Source: an uncultured delta proteobacterium
GTDB taxonomy: Bacteria; Desulfobacterota; Binatia; DP-6
DNA: 64,000 nt
Reading direction: 5' to 3'
Assembly: GCA_963815115.1 (NCBI GenBank)
Contig: CAWFFN010000012.1
Location: 416,001-480,000 of the forward strand
Shown here in pieces: positions 58,855-64,000 of the stretch. The notes beneath the pieces were generated by a model. It made no database searches and was not told the origin of the DNA. It saw only the letters and a program-made list of their open reading frames with translations. Each line of letters opens with the position of its first letter. Position 1 is the first letter of the stretch. Made by a program: the position numbers and the translations under genes.

Positions 58855-60051
58855 TCACGTGACCGGCAGCGTGAACTGGAACGTGCAGCCCTCGCCGGCT
58901 GCGCTGTCCACCCAGATGCGGCCGCCGTGCCCTTCGACGATCCTGCGGACGATGGCGAGGCCCAACCCCGTACTGGGCTCGCCGGCGGTCCCGCGAACGC
59001 TCAGCTTGCTGAATGGCCTGAACAGCTTCGACATGTCCGCCGCGGGAATTCCCTGACCCTCGTCCTGCACGGCCACCGTCACCGCCTCGCCGGAAGGCGT
59101 CATCCGGACCCGCACCCTCGTGCCGCGATGGGAGAACTTGACGGCGTTGCCGATGAGGTTGTTCAGCACCTGCTCGATCTTGCCGGCATCGACGGGGACC
59201 TTCGGGCACGGCGGCGGCGGGTCGAATTCGACGGTGATGTCCTTCTTGGCGGCGAGCACGCCGTTCAGCGTCACGTTGCGACGGATGAGCTGGGCCACGT
59301 CGGTGAGCTGCCGGTCCAGCTTCAGCTGGCCCGCCTCGATCGCCGTGACGTCGAGGATGTCGGTGACCATCCGGAGCATGAACTGGCTCGTGTCCTTGAT
59401 CGTGGTGATGAACTCCCGTTGCTCCTCGTTCAGGACCGAGGCCGCCTCGCTGTCGAGAAACTCGGAATAGGTGAGAATGACACCCAGCGGGTTGCGCAGA
59501 TCGTGCGCGGCGATACCCAGCAGGCGGTTCTTCTGCTCGTTCAACCGCTCCAGCTCGACGTTCTTCTTCGCCATCTCGCGCTGCAGGTTCACCATCTCGT
59601 TGTTCAAGGCGGTGAGCTCGTCGTAGACGTCGGCGTCGCGCCCGGCGCGTTTTGCCACCGCAACGGACAGCTCCTTGGCGGTGGCACGCGAGACGTTCGC
59701 CTGCTCGTTGTTGATGCGCATCAGCTGGTCGTTCATGTGGGCCAGGCCATTGCGAGATTGCGCCGCCAGGATCAGGAATTCGTCGTCGACCAGTGCGCCG
59801 GCAAAATGGAGCGGCATCAGCGTATCGTCCACCGCGACGGTCATCTCCCAGTCGTACGCCGCCTGCCGGGTCTGCAGCTCCGCCAGGAACCGGCCGAGCT
59901 TCTCTCGCACGCCCGGATCCACCATGTCGGCGACGTGATGCCCCGCAGGGACGCGCCCCGACAATCCCAGATCGTCCCGCACGATCCGCCGGACGATGCC
60001 GTCGCGATCGCAGGCGAGGACGATGCCCCGCTCCGCGACATCCGGACTCAT
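58855..60051 (-). CDS. Cytoplasmic histidine kinase (PAS-like domain, coiled coil, HisKA, HATPase)
   Basis: AAHDLRNPL, QVLNNLIGNAVKFS, DEGQGI, GLGLAI; ATGA overlap with the upstream gene. Confidence 0.92.
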   Translation of the reverse strand: MSPDVAERGIVLACDRDGIVRRIVRDDLGLSGRVPAGHHVADMVDPGVREKLGRFLAELQTRQAAYDWEMTVAVDDTLMPLHFAGALVDDEFLILAAQSRNGLAHMNDQLMRINNEQANVSRATAKELSVAVAKRAGRDADVYDELTALNNEMVNLQREMAKKNVELERLNEQKNRLLGIAAHDLRNPLGVILTYSEFLDSEAASVLNEEQREFITTIKDTSQFMLRMVTDILDVTAIEAGQLKLDRQLTDVAQLIRRNVTLNGVLAAKKDITVEFDPPPPCPKVPVDAGKIEQVLNNLIGNAVKFSHRGTRVRVRMTPSGEAVTVAVQDEGQGIPAADMSKLFRPFSKLSVRGTAGEPSTGLGLAIVRRIVEGHGGRIWVDSAAGEGCTFQFTLPVT

Positions 60052-61118
60052 GCCCCTTGCTCCTCCACCATCTGGCTGGCGAGTGCGATTGCCCGTTGCG
60101 CGTCGAGCGCGGAACCATCGGCGCCGACGTTCCGCCACAGATCGGGATCGCGGTTGAACGGATAGCCTCCCGTCAGAATCTTGACCGGGCGAGCGGCGGG
60201 ATGCCGTCGCACCGCGCGGATCAACTGCCGGACGGCCTCCACGTGGTAGGGGATCGTGGCCGAGATCGCCAGGACCTCTGCCTGGCGTTCGGCGATGATC
60301 GCGATGACGCTGGCGTGGGGCGTGTTCGCACCCAGGTAGTACGTGCTCCAGCCCTCCATCTCGAAGAAGTCGGCCACCATGCGCACGCCGATCTCGTGCA
60401 GGTCGCCGGCCACACCGGTTGCGATCAAGGTGCGCCCGTTCTTGGCCGTCGCGAAGACGTACGGGTAGAGCTGCGACATGATGAGCTGGGTGGCCGCCGT
60501 GCAGAAGTGTTCCTCCGCCACGGTGATGCGGTTGGTTTGCCACAGGCGGCCGATCTCGTACTGCGCTGGCTGGAAGACGTGCAGGTACACCTCCTTCACC
60601 GGCACGCCCCCCTCGACGGCCTCGAGCACGAGCCGGCTCGCCACGTGGCGCTCGCCCCGGCGCAACGCCGCGAAGTATTGGTGCGCCAGCGGCGAGAGCG
60701 GCTCGCCCGGGTTCAGGAACGTCGGGAGGTCGTCCGGCATCGCCGGCATCGCCTGCACGGCGGCCGTGACGAAGGCGACCGCGAGGGCGGCGGCGTCGTC
60801 GGGCAACCGCTCCCGGAGCACCTCCGCCAGGCAGCCCAGGTGAAAGGCGAGGTCGGTGGCCAGCACCTTGCGCTGGCTCAGGACCACCTTCACCCACGCG
60901 ACGTAGTCGACGAACAGCCCCTGGTTGTTCAACGCGAGCGCCTGCGCCAGGAACGAGAGATGGTAGCCGGCATCCTGGAGCGACTTGTCGCGACCGCTCG
61001 GTCCGTAGCGTTGCTCGAGCTCGGGGTGACGCGCGAACTCGCGTTCGACCAGTGCCGCCGCGATCTCGGTCCGTTGCCCGAGGAGGGCTTCGCTGGCCGA
61101 CACGTGCATGGATTCCAC
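60048..61118 (-). CDS. Cobalamin-binding protein with N-terminal globin-like domain (photocobilin-like)
   Basis: W-x9-EH (WQTNRITVAEEH), DLHEIG, LGANTP, ISAT, GGY; helical N-terminal domain RYG..RDKSLQDAGYHL..FVDYVAW. Confidence 0.82.
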   Translation of the reverse strand: MESMHVSASEALLGQRTEIAAALVEREFARHPELEQRYGPSGRDKSLQDAGYHLSFLAQALALNNQGLFVDYVAWVKVVLSQRKVLATDLAFHLGCLAEVLRERLPDDAAALAVAFVTAAVQAMPAMPDDLPTFLNPGEPLSPLAHQYFAALRRGERHVASRLVLEAVEGGVPVKEVYLHVFQPAQYEIGRLWQTNRITVAEEHFCTAATQLIMSQLYPYVFATAKNGRTLIATGVAGDLHEIGVRMVADFFEMEGWSTYYLGANTPHASVIAIIAERQAEVLAISATIPYHVEAVRQLIRAVRRHPAARPVKILTGGYPFNRDPDLWRNVGADGSALDAQRAIALASQMVEEQGA

Positions 61119-61125
61119 GGCGGCG

Positions 61126-61497
61126 CTACGAGCCCACGTGTTCGAAGAGTCTCAGGTAGGTCTCCCCCGACGCGAGCTTCAGGCCCTTGGGAATGCCCCG
61201 GTGCGAATCACGATAGCCGTGCCCGCGATGCCAGGTGAGGAAGCTCGTCTCGTTCGCCCAGAAGGTCAGCAGCCAGATCTCCTCCGGGCGATCGACCGGG
61301 CTGATCACCTCCATGCGACGGTACCCCGGCGCCCGGTCCACCAGATGCGGCCGGTCGCGAAACGCGGCCTTGACCTCCGCGGTCATGCCGTTGGCGATGA
61401 CGAAGCGGCTGAGAGCCACGAACCCCGGCGCGGGCTCCGTTTCCCCGTACGAGGGGCGCACGCTCTCGTGCGGCAATGCGCGTGCGTTCGAATCCAC
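61126..61497 (-). CDS. ABM-family protein resembling IsdG/HmoA heme monooxygenases
   Basis: SRF..AF.DRP.LVD..PGY..MEV..W..E.SF..W..SH; start uncertain (61461 to 61551). Confidence 0.78.
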   Translation of the reverse strand: MDSNARALPHESVRPSYGETEPAPGFVALSRFVIANGMTAEVKAAFRDRPHLVDRAPGYRRMEVISPVDRPEEIWLLTFWANETSFLTWHRGHGYRDSHRGIPKGLKLASGETYLRLFEHVGS

Positions 61498-61732
61498 GAG
61501 GTGCTTCTCCCGGGCGAAACGCGTCTCGAGCGCGTTGCGCGGAAAATACATGTCAAACCGCGTGAGGGCCAGCGGGTGCTGGATCACAAATGTAGAGACG
61601 AATCGATGCGCGACGACGAGCACCACCCTGGCGCACGATCGACCGCGCTGCTGCGCCGCGTCCGCAGCCCTCCACTCGGAGAACGGTGTGCGCTTCGTTG
61701 ACAACCGCCCTGGGACCCGGCTCGATGCTCCG

Positions 61733-62974
61733 ATGCGCCGCGCCGGCCTCCTCGCCATCCTCCTCGCGCTCGCCGCCTGCGGCGGCCAGAGCGGACCGCC
61801 CGAGTCGCCCGCCAAGGCCTCTGCCACGCCCCCGCGGCGCGACCCGCTCGCCGGCGGACCGTACCCTGCGATCCTGGTCGCGCAGGCGCAGTTCACCGAG
61901 GGCAAAGGTCCCGACGGCAAGCCGGCCGCGATCCCGGGCGCGGCGAAGCTGCTCGTCGTCCGCAAGACGGAGAGCGGCTGGAAGCCCGCCGTGCTCGAGG
62001 ATCCGGACAGCAACGTGTTCCACAAGGCGCTGCCCTGGGACGGCGGCATCCTCACCATCGGCGGCAACCAGGCCCTGCTGCGCACCTGGCGCTTCGCCGA
62101 TGGCCACTGGGTCGCGGACACGCGCTGGAACCCGAAGTTCGGCGGCAAGTTCGATCGCCTGCGCGACGTCGAGCGCGGCGACGTCGACGGCGACGGCAAG
62201 GACGAGCTGGTGATCGCGACCCACGATCAGGGCGTGATCGCCGTGGTCCACCCCGACGACGGCTGGCGCGTCGAGGAGGTCGATCGGACCCCGGACACCT
62301 TCGTGCACGAGATCGAGATCGGCGACGTCGACGGCGACGGCGTGAAGGAGTTCTTCGCCACGCCGAGCGCGCCGAACAAGCTCGAGTCGGAGCAAGCCGG
62401 CGAGGTGCGGATGTACAAGCACACCCCGCAGGGATGGCAGAAGACCATCGTCGACGCGCCGGGCGACACGCACGCCAAGGAGATCCTCACCGCCGACGTC
62501 GACCGCGACGGCGTGGCGGAGCTGTACGTCTCGTGGGAAGGGGCGGTGGGCGCGGGCAACACCCTGGTCCGTCCGGTCACCGTCAAGCAGTATCGGTGGA
62601 GGAACGGCGCGATCGAGAGCGCCGTCGTCGCCACCGTGCCCGATCGGCTGATGCGGGCGATGGCCGCCGGCGACGTCAACGGCGACGGCTCGATCGACAT
62701 CGTCGCCGGCGCTCTGTCGTCCGGGCTGTGGCTCTTCGAGCAGGTCCCCGGCGGCTGGAAGAAGAACCTGATCGACGTCGGCTCGTCCGGCTTCGAGCAT
62801 CCGGTCCTGCTCGCCGACCTCGACGGTGACGGCGCGCTCGAGATCTACGTCGCCTCCGAGGATCAGGGAGAGCTGCGGCAGTATCGCTGGCAGGACGGCA
62901 GATGGGAGAAGACCGTCCTGATGCCGCTGCCGAAGGGCGACATCACGTGGAACCTGAGCGACGCGCGGCTCTAG
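61733..62974 (+). CDS. FG-GAP/VCBS repeat lipoprotein
   Basis: LAAC lipobox; five G/A-D-V/L-D/N-x-D-G repeats. Confidence 0.85.
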   Translation: MRRAGLLAILLALAACGGQSGPPESPAKASATPPRRDPLAGGPYPAILVAQAQFTEGKGPDGKPAAIPGAAKLLVVRKTESGWKPAVLEDPDSNVFHKALPWDGGILTIGGNQALLRTWRFADGHWVADTRWNPKFGGKFDRLRDVERGDVDGDGKDELVIATHDQGVIAVVHPDDGWRVEEVDRTPDTFVHEIEIGDVDGDGVKEFFATPSAPNKLESEQAGEVRMYKHTPQGWQKTIVDAPGDTHAKEILTADVDRDGVAELYVSWEGAVGAGNTLVRPVTVKQYRWRNGAIESAVVATVPDRLMRAMAAGDVNGDGSIDIVAGALSSGLWLFEQVPGGWKKNLIDVGSSGFEHPVLLADLDGDGALEIYVASEDQGELRQYRWQDGRWEKTVLMPLPKGDITWNLSDARL

Positions 62975-62984
62975 CGGAGGCCGC

Positions 62985-63998
62985 TCACTGGTTGCACACG
63001 AAGTCCGCCGGACAGCTGCCGGTGCACAGCGAATCGGGCTGCTTGGCCTGCGGCCACCAGTCGTCCACGCAGCAGCTCAGGCGCGCCATGGTGTCGGCGT
63101 AGATGCCGTCGGGGCGCGACAGGTCGTAGGCGACCGTACCGGTCCCCTCGCCGCCGGCGTGCAGTCCGCGCTCGTCCGGGTCGAGGAAGAGATCGGTCAT
63201 CTCGAGCGTCGGCTCGTCGACGTAGACCTTCAGCTGGCGCGCCTCGCAGAGCCGGCCGCAGGGTGCGGCGGTTCCGCCCGGTCCCGTCGGGCATGCCGGG
63301 CAGTCCTCGCGCGTGTCGCAGCGGACGCCGGGCGCGTTGCGGCACCACCTGGTCTCCTTCTCCACGCAGGCATAGTGCTTGCCGAAGAAGAGCGACGCGC
63401 ACGTACCGTCGTCGATGCAGGAAGGGGCCATGCGGCAGCGGCCGCCCAGGCAGAGCGCGCCGCCCGGGCAGCTTCCGTTCCCCGAGCACGGCGGTTCCAG
63501 GCTCGCTGCGCAGTGCCCGCCGAGGCAGCTCAGACCGGCTCCGCAGTCGGTGTCCGTGGCGCACGCCGGCGCATCCAGGTTGGTGCAGCGGCCGACGCTT
63601 CCCGGGCGGGTGAGCAGATAGCGCAGCTTCGTCGGTGCCGTCGGTCGCTTGGTGTGGTGACCGCACAGGGCGTGGCGCAGCGGGGCCGTGAAGGCGCCGT
63701 CCGGGCTCGACGTCGCGAGATAGGGCCGCAGGTCCTTCCCGTCGCACCGCGTGCCGTCGGCGCTGGCCGGGCAGGGCACGGAGCCGGGAGTCCCGAGCGC
63801 GAGGCCGAGGGCCGTCGGCAGGACGTCGGTCGAGTGCGCCAGCTCGAACCGCTCGTTGGCCGGCGGAGGCGTCTGCGTGATCCCGTCCCATCCCGGAACG
63901 GCCGGCAGGGTGCGCGGGTCGAAGACGAGCATGCGCGTACGGTAGCCGTTCTCGGTGAAGGCGTGCTTCGAGTTCGGCAGGAACCAGCCGTTGTCCGA
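62985..63998 (-). CDS. Sulfatase-like hydrolase C-terminal part with Cys-rich insertions; 5' end lies outside the window
   Basis: Hand translation upstream of the tracked ATG gives SDNGWFLPNSKHAFTENGYR; also DVLPT, DGKDL, DLFLDPDE. Confidence 0.72.
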   Translation of the reverse strand, partial: SDNGWFLPNSKHAFTENGYRTRMLVFDPRTLPAVPGWDGITQTPPPANERFELAHSTDVLPTALGLALGTPGSVPCPASADGTRCDGKDLRPYLATSSPDGAFTAPLRHALCGHHTKRPTAPTKLRYLLTRPGSVGRCTNLDAPACATDTDCGAGLSCLGGHCAASLEPPCSGNGSCPGGALCLGGRCRMAPSCIDDGTCASLFFGKHYACVEKETRWCRNAPGVRCDTREDCPACPTGPGGTAAPCGRLCEARQLKVYVDEPTLEMTDLFLDPDERGLHAGGEGTGTVAYDLSRPDGIYADTMARLSCCVDDWWPQAKQPDSLCTGSCPADFVCNQ

Positions 63999-64000
63999 CA

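Noticed and set aside
61540-61600. AT-rich patch with TTGACA and TCTACA as a CarH-type operator
   Set aside because: The two TnnACA units are 40 bp apart rather than in an 11-bp series, and no good -10 follows TTGACA.

Overview
A gene-dense, very GC-rich chromosomal window. The style (DUF1302 outer-membrane protein, paralogous Cys-rich secreted proteins with CTDGDPTCDADG modules, selABD, F420-NADP reductase) suggests an uncultured deltaproteobacteria-like lineage such as Candidatus Binatia; this is inference only. No rRNA, tRNA, CRISPR array or transposase was recognised. Contents in order: pepA (cut by the window edge), CCA-adding enzyme, selA-selB-selD, an envelope-folding cluster (PpiC foldase, VKOR-DsbA fusion, DsbA), Lhr helicase, an npdG-MFS(zf-UBP)-AraC-MFS unit, a roughly 9.5 kb nickel/metal locus, a sulfate uptake operon with two lesions, SelO/YdiU, two orphan histidine kinases and a Cys-rich sulfatase (cut by the window edge). 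Three candidate regulatory systems stand out. (1) An unannotated, probably leaderless Cys-Cys-Cys leader peptide with a terminator/antiterminator ahead of the sulfate operon. (2) A His-rich exported leader ending in a RAPP arrest motif, whose codons can pair with the Shine-Dalgarno of a TonB-dependent receptor, downstream of a NikR-like box. (3) An operon of an IsdG-like monooxygenase, a globin-plus-B12 (photocobilin-like) protein and a histidine kinase. All calls come from motif reading by eye; no searches were run.
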